This document shows, piece by piece, positions 21,201 through 33,750 of a stretch of 64,000 bases of DNA. The stretch is taken from assembly GCA_000388065.2 (NCBI GenBank), contig KB932202.1; one strand, 5' to 3'. A program made the translations under genes and the position numbers. The notes beneath the pieces are model-generated. The model was not told where the DNA came from and ran no database searches. It saw only the letters and a list, made by a program, of their open reading frames with translations. Every line of letters begins with the position of its first letter. The stretch's first letter is position 1. Source of the stretch: Fonticula alba ATCC 38817. Lineage: Eukaryota; Protista; Nucleariida.

Positions 21201-24200
21201 AGAAGCCCAGCACATTGTGCAGGCGGGCCAGCAAGCGCTGGCGGAAGCGCCGCAGCCCCGGGGCCGGGGCTCCCTCCATGCCCGGAGCCAAGCCCACCGA
21301 GTATTGCAGATGCCCGGCGAAGGAGGCCAACAGACGCAGGCGCGCCTCGAATTGGCCCATTCGGCAGAGGGCCAGGAACTCCTTGATGGCTTGCAGCCGC
21401 TCGGCCAGGGGCCCGGCCAGATTCAGCCACCCCACCCGGCCGGCATCGAAGTCCGCCACCTCCACCGGCGTGGCCAGCAGCAAGTTGTTCAGGTGGAACC
21501 ACATGCGGCTCAGGTCATCGGCATGGATGACCTCCCGTGCGGCGAACAGGTGCGGCCAGCAGGTGATCTCCAGCTGGCGCCAGCGGACCACCAGCTTCAC
21601 CAGCGCCCGGTAGGTGTCGCCGATGGCGAAGCGCCCGCGCAGGTTGCGCCGCTCCCAGGGCTCGGCACGCTCGAGGACGAACTCCAGCCCGGCAAGAACC
21701 CGGGCCAGGGGGGCCGCAATCGGCAGGCGCAGGACGCGCTCGGCCGCCGCATCCACCTCGGCCAGCTCCTGGTCCCCGGGCCAGAGGCTCAGCAGGAAGG
21801 CCAGCCGGGCGCGCAGCTGCGACAGCCCGCGGAAGGCCCGGCGCGTCTCCGACACATTGGCGTCATGGTAGAAGTCGTAGTACCCGCCAAACTGGCTGGC
21901 ACAGGTGACCTGCGGCAGGAGCGGGCGCCATTGCAGCGAGTCCGCCACCTCCAGGGCCGTGTGCGAGAGCGTGGCGCTCGGGGCCACGCCGGCGGCTGCC
22001 TGATCGGCACTGGCCGCGGCCGAGGCCGCCACGCCGGCCGGGTCGTAGTACGCCAACAGGCGCAGGGCCGGCGGCACGCCGGCCCCGGTGGGCGACGTCC
22101 GCCCGGTGATCAGCAAATCCGCCAGATGCTCGAACTCCGCGGCCTCCTCGCCCGACAGGCTGGTGTCCTTGATGAGGGGGCCCGAGTCGGGGCTGCTGGT
22201 GCCGGCCGCCTTGGAGGCCGCCTTCAGCAGGAGGTCATAGCGCGACCGCGCCCGGCGGGAGGCCCCGCCACGGCGCTGCTCCCGCTGGACCAGGCGCCCA
22301 TCGAGCGTGCGGAAGGCCGGGGTGTTGACACTGCGACTGCTTTCCAGCTGGGCCAGATGCTCGGCGGCCACCAGCAGGTGGGCCGGCCGAGCCAGGGCGT
22401 CCAGGTCACGCGGCAGGGCCGCGGCAAAGGCCCCATCCTCGGCCCCGGGGTCGGCCATGGCCGTCCGGTCGGCCGAAGCCAGCGAGTCTTCCAGCAGCAC
22501 GGTGCGGGCCAGGTCGTACGAGGCGCGCAGGGCGACGCCGCGCTCGGCCGCCGCCGCGGCTCCCTGCTGGAGAACCGCCCCGGTGGCCGGCAGCCCGGTG
22601 GCCGCGAAGCCGAACACCGCGCTGTAGATGGCCCGGATGAGGCGCTGCTGCTGCACGGTCAGGGCGAAGGTCACCCCCCGGCCCGGGGCCGTGGCCTTGG
22701 CCGGGGCGGCGGAGTCGGCAGCGGCGCCGGCAGCGGCGCCAGCGGCCACCGCGGCCGCCGCATACTCATCCGCCCCGGCCAGGCCGGCCATCATGTCGGC
22801 CACATCGGCCGAGAAGGAGGGGAAGTGCCGGTGCAGGTGGGCCGCCTCCTCCTCGGCGTCCGTGGCGTACTGGTGGTCCTGCGCGCGGTAGCGGAAGGCC
22901 GCCGCGTCGAGGGCCTCCTGCTCCAGGCGGCGCTGCTCCTCGGCATTCCAGCACCCGGCCAGCACGTCGAGCAGGGCCTCGAGGGTGGCGAAGCGCTCCG
23001 GCGTCAGCAGCAGCCCGGCATCCACGATGTCCGTGTACAGGCGCTGCAGCAGGACCACCGCCCGATCGGCGATGCGCTTGTGCTGCGGCGTGCCGGAGCG
23101 CGACCCGGCCCGGGAGAAGACCGCCTGGGCACGGCGGGCCAGCTCCGCGGCCGAGACCGCCGCCACGCCGGCCTCCGACAGGTCGGCATCCAGCAGCAGC
23201 AGCAGCCGCACGGCATTGGTCGACGCCGCCGGCATGGCCGGCAGCGAGAGGAGCCACCGCGAGGCGCCAAAGCGCCCGATGGCACGCGGGGCCGCCAGAG
23301 CCCGGGCAAAGTTCCCGGCCACCAGGCCATGAGCCGCCAACAGGGCACCGGCCATGATCGGCTCCACCAGGTCCCGGTAGCCGGCAAAGCGCGAGCCCAG
23401 GCGCCCGGCGAAGACCACCAAATTGGCGGCCAGGCGCCGAGCGGTGGCCGGATCGCCGGACCCGCCGGCCACACAGGCCAGCGCCTGGTCCAGCGCACCG
23501 GCCAGGCGATCGGTCTCGGCCGTGAGGGCAGCCACTTGCGACCGGCCGGGGCGCACCACGCGCAGGCGCTCCAGCCGGGCGATCTCGGCCCCGAGCAGCC
23601 GAGCCGCTCGAGCGGCCAGCCGGCCAGCCGGGCTCGGGAGTTCCGGCGAACTGCCCGACAGCCCGGCATCGAAGGACTGCCGGACCCGGTCGGCGGCCTG
23701 GACCCCGGCCAGGGCGTCCGACGCCCGGGCCAGGGCCAGCTCCGAGGCGCTGGCCGGGTCCACCGCCAACGGCAGGACATACGACCGGGCCAGGGCCGAC
23801 CCGGCGTCCACCAGCCCGGCGGCCATCAGCCGCACCGCCTCGGCCAGGGCAATGGCCGTGGCCGTGGCCCCGGCATCAACCGAGTCCGTCGGGGCCAGCG
23901 GCCGGGCTGCCGCCTCGGCCAGCGCCGCGTCCAGGGCATCCAGGCGGGCCGGATCGAAGGCACCGGCCCCGGCCCCGGGCCGGGTCCCGGTGGCCGCATG
24001 GTGCCGGTCACTGAGGACCCGGGCCAGGCGCACCAGCCCGGCCAGCAGGGCAACAACCACCTGCTGCACCTGCCCGGCCGTGGGGGGCCGCTGCCGGGCG
24101 AAGAACTCCCGCAGGCGGGCCAGCTGGGCCACCCGCGAGGGGGCCTCATGGATGCCGGTGTCCTCGAGCGAGGCATTGATGGACAGGGCGGCCGTGGTGG

Positions 24201-27200
24201 AGGCCGAGCTCAGCAGCGCGGCCAGGCCGTGCGACTGACCAAGCAGGCCGGTTTGCCCGGCCATCGAGCCGGCCGTGGCGGCCATGGCCTCCAGGGCCGC
24301 CGCCGCACGCTGGTCACTGTCATCCGCCAGGTCCATTGCCCCGGAGCCGGGGCCGGAGCCGGAGCCCAAAGTGCTTCCGCCCTCCAGCAGCAGGGGCCCC
24401 AGGCCATCGGGGCCGGCCACCGAGGACAGGTCCCGCGGCAGGCCGAGCGACCCGGCGCTGGCATACGCCCGCGAGGCCCAGCCAGCCAGCAGGCTCGGCA
24501 GCAGGCCCAGCAGCTCGGACAGCAGGTGTGCCGCGCGCGACCGGCCAGCCGCCAGCGGGGCACCCCCCTCGCCGGCCAGCGGGGCCAAATCCAGCAGCCA
24601 GAGGAAACGCTGCGAAGTGACCGCATCAGCCGGCGACCGGGAGGACCCGGTAGACCCGCCGGCCGCGGCCTCCAGCCCGCGAAGCCGGCCGACCACCTCC
24701 ACCAGGGCCAGGCGCCGGGCCTCCAGGGCGCGGAGCTCAAGGGCAGCGGCCTCCGAATCGAGCCCCGGCAGCAGGGCCAGGTCGCCGGCCAGCCGGAAGC
24801 CCAGCGACACGATGGCCAACTCGCAAGTCAGCAGGCCGACATCCGACAGCGGCATGAATGGCAGCTGCACCCGGGCATCGAGGGCATCCTTCGGCAGGTA
24901 GACCGGGCTCTCGGAGAGCATGGCCTCCACCACCTCGGTGTCCACCGAGTCCGGCAGCAATTCCGCCGAGGACAGCAGGTGCCGGGTGCGCAGACGCCCG
25001 GCCAGCTCGGCCGGAGCCGCATGCAGCCGAGCCAGGCGCTCGTCCACCGAGTCGGCCAGGGTGACCATGGCGTCGGCCAGGGAGGCCGCCGGCCCGGCCA
25101 GCGGCTGCCCATTGAGGATGAGCACCGTGGCCAGGCCCTCCGACACATCGGCATACAGGTCCCGCAGCCAGGCCGACCGCTGGGTGGCAGACACCCGGCG
25201 AGCCCGGCGAATGCGCGAGTCCGCCTCCGACAGGACAAGCGATGCCCGGAAGGCATCCGGCCGGAAGGCATTGTCATCGCCGTCGCTGTGGTCGCCGGAC
25301 CGGGCCCCGGGCCCGGGGGCCGGGGGCTGGTCCTCCACCGCCATCGGGGCCATGTCGGCCGGATCGGCACTGGCCGCATCCAAGGCATCCAGCCTCAGCA
25401 GGGCATCCACATGGCGGTGCACGCGCAGGAAGGCAAACCACCAGGGGGTGTTTTGGTCCAGGGCCAGGCCCGGCCCGGCGGCCGCCGCCGCCTGGGCACC
25501 CATGTGCGACCCGACCGACCGGCCACTGAAGATGTCCAGCCGGCTGGCCGCGAGGGCCAGCCGGTCGGCCAGCCGCGCGAGCCCGACATCGGCGAAGGTC
25601 GCCGGGCGCAGGCCCTCCCGGTAGAGCGGGCCCCAGCACTCCAGGGCGAAGACCGGCACGGTTTCCAGCAGCTGGCCCAGGGCGGCGGTGGCCTGCTGGC
25701 GCATGGCACCGGCCGCCGGGTCCGCCCCGGTCGGCAAGGCCCCCCCCTGGGCCGAGAGCAGATGCTCCACCGCCGGCCGCAGCGGCCGCAGCAGGAACAC
25801 CAGCGCCTCCAGCGACACGCCGCCGGAGCAGCGCGAGTCCAGCAGGAAGCGCGCGAAGTCCGCGAAGACGGTCCACGACCAGCCGGCCCCGGAGAGGACC
25901 GGCCGCACGGCGCCCGACAGCAGGCGCATGGAAGCCCGGGCCGAGTCCGGCACGTCGGCCGGCTCGCCGGTCAGCGGCGACAAGTCGCCACTGGCCACCG
26001 CCGTGCGCAGCAGCCACTCCATCACCCCGGACACCAGGGGGAAGAGACAGGCCAAGCTCGGGACCGAGAGGGCGGCCGCCGAGCAGCCGGTCGACGGCTG
26101 CGAGTCGCCGGACCCGGCGGCCTCGCCGCCGGCCATGGTGACGACGCTCGGCCGGAGCAGGGCCGACGCCGTGGCCCGGTCAATCTGCGCATGGAACAGG
26201 GCCGCCGACACTTGCAGCGCCGAGGACCGGGCCCCGGGGCCGGTGGCGGCCACGGCGGCCACCTGCGCCGCGATGCGCTCGCCCAGCAGGGCAAACTCAT
26301 CGAGGGCCGACAGCTGGCCGGCCAGCACCGGGGTCAGGGCCAGGCCACCGGCCACCTGCCGGCGGAGGGCCTCCTCCCCGGGCCCGGCGGCCGTCGTGGT
26401 CAGGGCCGCCAAGGCCAGGGCCGCCTGCTCGTCGGCCTGCTCGTCGCCCCGGCCCAGGGCCGACGCCGCGGCCACACTGGCAAAGCTGGCCTCCGGGAAG
26501 CAGGCCAGATCGATCGGGGCGCCGGATTGGCGCTGCCCCGGGGGCAGGCTCATGCACACCTGCTGGCGCAGGCGCAGGGCCGCCGCCGCGCCGGCCAGTG
26601 CCACATCCACCTCGGCGCACCGGGTGTCGACATCGGCCAGCTGGGCAAGGCGCCCGCGGAGGAGCTCCAGCCACCGCCCGGCCAGGGCCCAGGCAGCCGG
26701 CGACACCTCCCGCAGGAAGCGCCGCAGCAGCGGCAGCAGGTCCGCCTCGACCGCCCCCTCCGACAGGGGAGCCGCCCGGCCGGCGAAGGCCAGGACCTGG
26801 TGCGCCAGCCGGACAAACCCGCCCAGGAGCGCATCATCCCGGAGCAGGGCCAAGCTCGGCTGGGCCGAAGCCTGGAGCCGGGCCAGAGCCCCCAGCGGAG
26901 CCGCCACCGGCGGCGGCAGGGCACCGGCCGCCGTAGCCGCCGTCGCCCCGAGCGCGGCCAGCAGCGAAGACTCGGCATCCGTCAGCAGGGCCCGACCGAA
27001 GCGACCATACACGAGGGCCAGCCCGGCACGCGCGGCCCGCGGTGCCGGCCACCCACGCAGCAACAGGGCACGCGCAAAGCGAGCCAGGGTGCCGAGATCA
27101 CGCAGGTTCGGCCAAGCGGCCCGGCCATAGCGCCCGGACTCGAGGATCGCCGCCCGGGCCCGGCGGTGGAAGTCCACCAGGGCCCCGGCCAGGCACGGGT

Positions 27201-30200
27201 CGGCCACGCCGCCGGCCGCCACCACACGCAGGCAATCCTCCCGCTGGAGGGCCAGCGCCGGGGCCGAGGCAATGCCCCCGGCGCCATGGCGCAGGGCAGC
27301 CCCACCGGCCGGCAGGGTGCCCGCCCCGCCGATGGCCGAAGCACACTCGGCCTCGGGGGAGGCCCCCGTCACAATGCTCTCCCCGGCCAGGGTCAACTCC
27401 AGCAGGTCATTGTCATCATCCAGCAGGGCAATCTCCACACCGCGGTTGCGCATGGCGCGCGAGATTTCCCCATGTCGCGGGTCCATGGCCAGGATCAGGC
27501 GGAAGTCCGGGTGCGGGCGGATGGTCCGCACCCCGCCATCGACCACACCATGCTCGGTGACGGCCATGACACCGCCCGGCTCCAGCAGCGGATTCAGCCG
27601 ATCCAGCACCGAGGCCGAGCAGAAGTTCACATTGTCAATGAGAACCCACCCGCCATGCTCGATGGCCCGCAGGAGCACGCCATCCACCCACTCAAAGCGC
27701 CCGGTCAAAGACACCTGAGACAGGCGCTGGACCGTGGCCAGCCGGGCCAGAAGCTGACGCGCGGTGGCCAGGAACCCGGCCAGCACGGCATCCGACGCCG
27801 GGGCAACCAGCAACCCCTCGGCCAGCTCGGCAAAGGACCCGAGCAGGTCGACGGCCGCCTGGTCCGGCCGGCCGGCCGCCAGGTAGGCCGCATGGCCCTG
27901 GAGCAGAGCCCGCACCACGGGGGCCGCATCGCCACGCAGCAGGAAGTGCTCGGCCGCCGCCTGGACCAGGACCCGGAGGTCCCCGGCCACGGCCTGGCGC
28001 TCGCGCTCCAGGTCCACCTGCTCGAAGCCACCCAGCAGCTCGGTGGTGTCCACGCTGCTGGTCATCGAAAATTCGAACAGCCGGCGATTGGCCAGGGCCG
28101 CGGCCGACCGGACCAGCCACGTCTTGCCGGAGGCAGTGGGCCCGGTCAGCAGCACCATCCACCCCATGTCCAGGGAGAAGAGCATGGACTCGAGGGCGCG
28201 CGCATGGCGGCCCAACAGCAGGGGAGCCCCATCGCCGCTGGTCCCCGGCCCGGCGAGACCCAGGGCATTGGCCCGGGCCCCGCCATGGGCATTGAGGACA
28301 TCGCGCGCGATGGCCGCCCGACCGACGGTCACCTGCCGGGCGGACACATCCACGCGCGGCCGCCGGCCCATCAGCCACTGGACCACGGCCCGGCCGGCGG
28401 CCAGGTCCGCCGGGTAGAACACCTCGGCAAAGGCCCGGGCAATGACCAGCCGGTCCTCGGCCGTGCGCAGCCGCTGCAAGTACAGCATGTCCACGAAGTC
28501 GGCCGGATCGGCGCCCCGATCGGCCCCAGCCGCGCGGACCAAACTCAACCACCGGAGCACATCACGCAGGTTCACCTCCCACGGGGCGCCGGCCCGAGCG
28601 AAGGGACCCTGAGGGGCCACCAGCTCATGGACGCGGGCATTGAACCGGACCATGCGCCGGCGCAGGGGCTCCCCGACATCCGGATAGAGGGCCGCACACA
28701 CGGCCAGCAGGTCGGCATCGGTGAAGGCCTCCACATGGACCTCGGTGAAGCGGTTGAGGAAGGACCGGGGGAGGCCCTTCCGGCCGCCGCCCTGACGCAC
28801 GGGATTCTGAGCGGCAAAGATGCGCGAGTCGCGCGAAATGGCGAACGACCGGTTCAACTCCGGCAGGAAGATCTCCCCCCGGTGGTCGAGACAGGCATTC
28901 AGCCCCTCGAGCACCGACTGCGAGGCCAGGTTCAGCTCGTCCAGGAGAACCCACTGGCCGGCCTTGATGGCCGCCAGGAGCGGCCCATCGCGCCAGGCAA
29001 AGCGGACATCGGCCGCGTCGGTCCGACCGCCGCCATTGGCGCAAGAGGAGCCGCCCCCCTCGGCCCCGAGGTCGGCGTCCGATTCCACCGGCAAATCCGA
29101 CCCGAAGAGATCCGCCAAGTCGGTCTGCTCGCTGAGGTTAATCCGGAGCAGCGGGTGGCCGGACTCCTCGGCCAGCGCCTGGACCAGGGTCGTCTTGCCG
29201 ACCCCGGGCGGCCCCTCCAGCAGGATGGGCTTGGCCAGCTGCAGGGCACGAAGGAGACGCAGCAGGTTGGACCGCGTGGTGGGCACATCCAGCGACAGCT
29301 GCTGGCGTCGGCGATGGGCATCCATGTCCGGCGGGCTAGCCGCCCCATGGGTCGGGCCCACGGCCAGCGGGGCCACCGGGCCCACCGGGATCCAGAAGGG
29401 CTCGGCGCCATAGCGCTTGGCATCCGGGCTGAGGCCGATGCCGGCCGGCCCGGCCTGAGCCGCAGCCAAGCACCCGTACACCTCGGCCGCCGAGGTGACC
29501 TCCCGACCGTCGGCCGTGGAAAGGGCCACCGGCAGCAGGTCGGCCTCCTGCATCAGCGGCAGGAGGAACCGATGAGCCTCGGCCACGGCATCCGGCGACA
29601 GGGCATCCAGGAAGACCAGCTGACAGCCCTGGACAAAGCCCACGGCCGCCGGCAGCCCCAGCGCCTGGGTGCAATGGCACAGGAACCCGGCCCACGCGAG
29701 CAGGTCACGCAGCGACACCGCCCGATGGGCCATCAACTGCCGGTGCCCGCGGAACCACTCGCAAAAGGCCACCATCGGCCCGGCGAAGGGGGCCAGCTCG
29801 GCCGGCAGGCGGTCCGCCGCGATCATGCGCAGGTCCGCCGGATCCGTCACCGCCGGCACCCACACCTCGGTGAAGCGATTGCGCAGGGCCGGCGACAGTT
29901 CCTTCTTGCCATGGTCGCCACCCGGGTTCATGGTGGCCATGAAGCTGAAGCGCCGGGTGGCCACCAGGGTCTCGGCGGCGATGTCCACCGGGCCACCGGT
30001 GGCCATGGTCTTGGCCGCGGCCGCCGCCATCGCGAGGGCCTGCTCCACCGTGGCATCGCCATCGGCCGAGCCGGCCGGCTTCTCGGCGATCACCAGCGTC
30101 CGGCCGGGCTCCAGGACGGAGTTGATCCGCTCCAGGACCGAATCATCGGCCAGAGAAATCTCATCCATCAGGAACACATGGCCAGCGCGCATGGACTTCA

Positions 30201-33200
30201 CCAGGGCACCATCGTACCAGGCAAAGAGAGCCGACGCCTGGGCCAGGTGGAAGCGACCGCGCTGGAGCAGCTCCTCGGCCGGGGCCGAGTGGCTGCCGAG
30301 CTCCGGCGCGCCAGCCAGCAAAGCCTGCAACCGCGCAAACGCAGCACCAGCCCCGAGGTCCGAGCTCAGGGCATCGGCCGCCAGCTGGCCGGCCGCCAGA
30401 CCGGCCTGCCGTGCCTCGGCCTCCAGCTGCGCCAGGACCTCCTGGCTCAGGACAATGGCCGGCGACTCGGCACCAGCGACGGCCATGTCGTCGGAGGCCG
30501 ATTGCTTGTCCTGCTCGATGTCCATCTGGGCGACATCCTCGGCGCTGGCGCCCTCTTCGGCGCCGGCGGTCTCGGCGGCAGCCGCAGCCGCAGCCGCAGC
30601 CGCGGCCACAGCGGAGGCCTCCTCGGCCGCGGCGGCCAGTGCAGCCGCGGTCAGCTCGGCCAGAGCGGCGCGCTCGGTCGCCGCCGCGGCCACCGCAAAC
30701 TCCGCCCCACGGAGCAGGGCCACCAAATCCCGACGGGCCTGGTCCCGGTCACGCACCGGGCGCAGGCCACCAATGAAGTCCGCGGTCTCGGTGTGCTCGT
30801 GGCAATTGAGCGTCTCCAGATGCTGGCCCATGGCCCGGGCCAGGAGCTCCACAATGGTGGTCTTGCCACAGCCAGTGTCGCCCACCAGGAGCACGGGCTC
30901 CTGGTGACGAGCCGCACGGGCAGTCAGCACAAACAGCCGGCACATGGCCGCCGTCCAGACCACCCCGCCGGAAGACCCGCCAGCCGACCGGGACAAGTCG
31001 GCCAGACGCGGGGCCACAGCACCGGCGGCCAGGCCCGCCTCGCCGGCCGACGCCGCAAACAGCGCATCGAACTCGGCCTGGGCCGACTCCAGCGAATAGA
31101 GCGTCGCCAGGTCGACCGGCGCGCGGACATGCTTCTCCACCACCGCTCGCACGGTCTCACGCTCCTCGACGCTGCGCACGCGCTCCGCCAGCAGCATGTA
31201 CCCGTCCTCGGCCAGGCGCCGATCATCGGTCCCGGTATACTGGGCAAAGCGCCCGCCCCAGCGGAAGAGATCACGCAGGGTGATGTACCCATCACGACCG
31301 GCAAAGACATTGGTGGCCTGCCGGCGCTCCTGCAGGTCGCGGTACACGGCCACCAGGCGCTCGGCACGCGAGGGCGGCATGGCACAGCGGTTTTCCACGA
31401 TCTCCTGGAGTTCGCCAACCGGGATGTCATCGAAGTGGATCTCCAGGAACCGATTGCGGAAGGCCCGTGACAGGACCTTCCGACCGCCATACAACCGCGG
31501 GGGGTTCTGCGTGGCGAAGAGCATGAAGTCCGGATGCGGGCGCACGGTTTCCTGCGTCTCCGGCAGGTAGAGCTCGCGATTGTCATCCAGCAGACGGTTC
31601 AGAGCCTCCAGCACATCGGTCGGGGCCAGGTTCAACTCGTCCAGCACAATCCAATGCCCATGGCGCAGGGCCTCCACCAGGACACCCTCACGGAAGGCCA
31701 GGCGCCCCTGGTCATCGGCCACATACGACCCGAGGTACTCCTGCAAATCGGTGTGCTCATGGTTGTTGATGCGCACAAACCGGTGCCCCGTCCGCGCGGC
31801 CAGGTACTCCACCATACTGGTCTTACCGGCCGACGTGGGGCCCTGGATCAGCACCGGATAGGTGTTGGCCACAACCACACGCGCCAAGGACCGGAGATTG
31901 GTCTGAACACTGGACGTCAGGACATACCGGTGGCCGGGATCCCCACGAGGATGGGCCCCACAGCGGATCCAAAACCCGGACACCAGCTCGAAATCCCCGG
32001 GAGCCCCGCCCGACGGAACCCCAGGAGCCCGGCGCAGCATGGCATCCAGGTTGGCCGCATTGCCGGCCGCCAGGTCGGTGATCTGCCGGTGCAACATGCT
32101 TCGCGAGGTGGGCGCCAGCTGCGTCAAGAAGGACATGCTCAGCCCCTCATAGAGAGACCGACGCAGGCCGTAGGTCGGCGCCACCAGCGCCGTGTAGCCC
32201 AAGGCCCGGGTCAATGTCCGGAGGGAGTAGTGCGGACGCTGGCCCTCGCCGTCGGCCAGCTGACCGCCGGCCGCCAGGCGCTTGACCCCGAGGAACCACT
32301 CAACCAGCAGCCGAACGATGGCCCCCTCGCCGGGGGCCGCGGCCGCCGGCTGCAGGTACGCCCGGACCAGGGAGGCCAGATCCTCCGGGTCCTCCAGCTC
32401 CCCGATGTAGAGCTCGGTCATGCGCGACCGGACCCCCGGCGGCAGATCCCGCTTGCCGACATCCGTGGCCGGGTTCATGCAGGCGAAAATCCGGAAATCC
32501 GGATGCCGGTGCACCACCACATCATCGCCCGGGCGCTCGGTCAGCACCAGCGACCCGGTCGGCGATTCCAGCAGCACGACGCTCTTCCGATCTCTCCAGC
32601 TCCCCGATGTAGAGCTCGGTCATGCGCGACCGGACCCCCGGCGGCAGATCCCGCTTGCCGACATCCGTGGCCGGGTTCATGCAGGCGAAAATCCGGAAAT
32701 CCGGATGCCGGTGCACCACCACATCATCGCCCGGGCGCTCGGTCAGCACCAGCGACCCGGTCGGCGATTCCAGCAGCCCGGACAGGCACTCCAGGGTCTC
32801 GGTGGTGGCCAGGTTGATCTCATCAAGCAGGACCCAATGCCCGGCCTGGACCGCCTTCACCAGGACGCCCTCCACAAAGGCAAAGAGGAAGCTGCTCTCC
32901 AGCTGCTGCTTTTGCGAGGAGAAACGCCGGACATCCGCCTCGAAGGCGGCCCACCGGGCACGCAGCCGCGTGACCTCCGAGGCCGAGGGCGCCAGCAGCT
33001 TGGCCTGCTTGGCCGGCGGCGGGCTGCCCTCCTCCACCGGGCCGGTCGAGCCACCGGGCGCCGGGAGGGGCGCCCCCTCGGCGCCGATCTTCTTCCAGGC
33101 CATCTTCACCGCACTGGCGAAGAGAACCAACAGCCGGGACCAGCGCTGGTCCCGGTAGGCCTTCTGCACGCTGTCCAGGAAGCGCTGGTTCGCTCGCCGG

Positions 33201-33709
33201 GAGAAGGTGGCCCCGAAGAGCTCGGTGAAGGTGTCCAGCAGGGGAGCACACAGATTGCGCGCGTTCTCCGGCTTGAAGCCGCCCAGCAGATCGGTCGACT
33301 CGCTCTGCTGGCTCATGTTGACCACGGTCAGCGGCCGGCCAAGCTGGCTGGCCAGCTGCTGGACGATGGTGGTCTTGCCGGTACCGGTCTCACCGACCAG
33401 CAGCAGGGCCTCATTCATTTGCGCGGCCGCGGCGATGCGCTCCATATTGCGCAGCGCCGCCCCGGTCCAGGCGAAGGGAGCGCCGCCGAGGGGCTCCGGC
33501 CGGACGGTCGGCAACGACGCCCGGCCGATGGTGAAGACCTTCTCCGAGCGCATGCGCACCGGTCGATAGGAGTGCGCGCTGGCGTCGAGGGCCGCCTCGT
33601 CATGCGGCAGGCCGAGCACGGCCGCAATGCCGGCCAGAGCATGCCGGCGCCGGGGGCCATCTGGCAGCACCCCAAGGAAGCAATCCTGGGCCTCCTGTGT
33701 GTGTGTGCG

Positions 33710-33750
<41 letters not shown>

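Noticed and set aside
21100-31470. 3,456-aa + strand ORF (also 17164-20088 and 15133-17037) antisense to midasin
   Set aside because: Shadow ORFs. In-register antisense stops need TTA, CTA or TCA sense codons, which are rare at this GC3. The translations are G/Q/R/P-rich with no domains.
32392-32777. Direct repeats of 167-184 bp with short spacers, suggesting CRISPR-like, LTR or target-site-duplication structure or exon duplication
   Set aside because: The spacers are Illumina adapter sequence, so these are technical artifacts.
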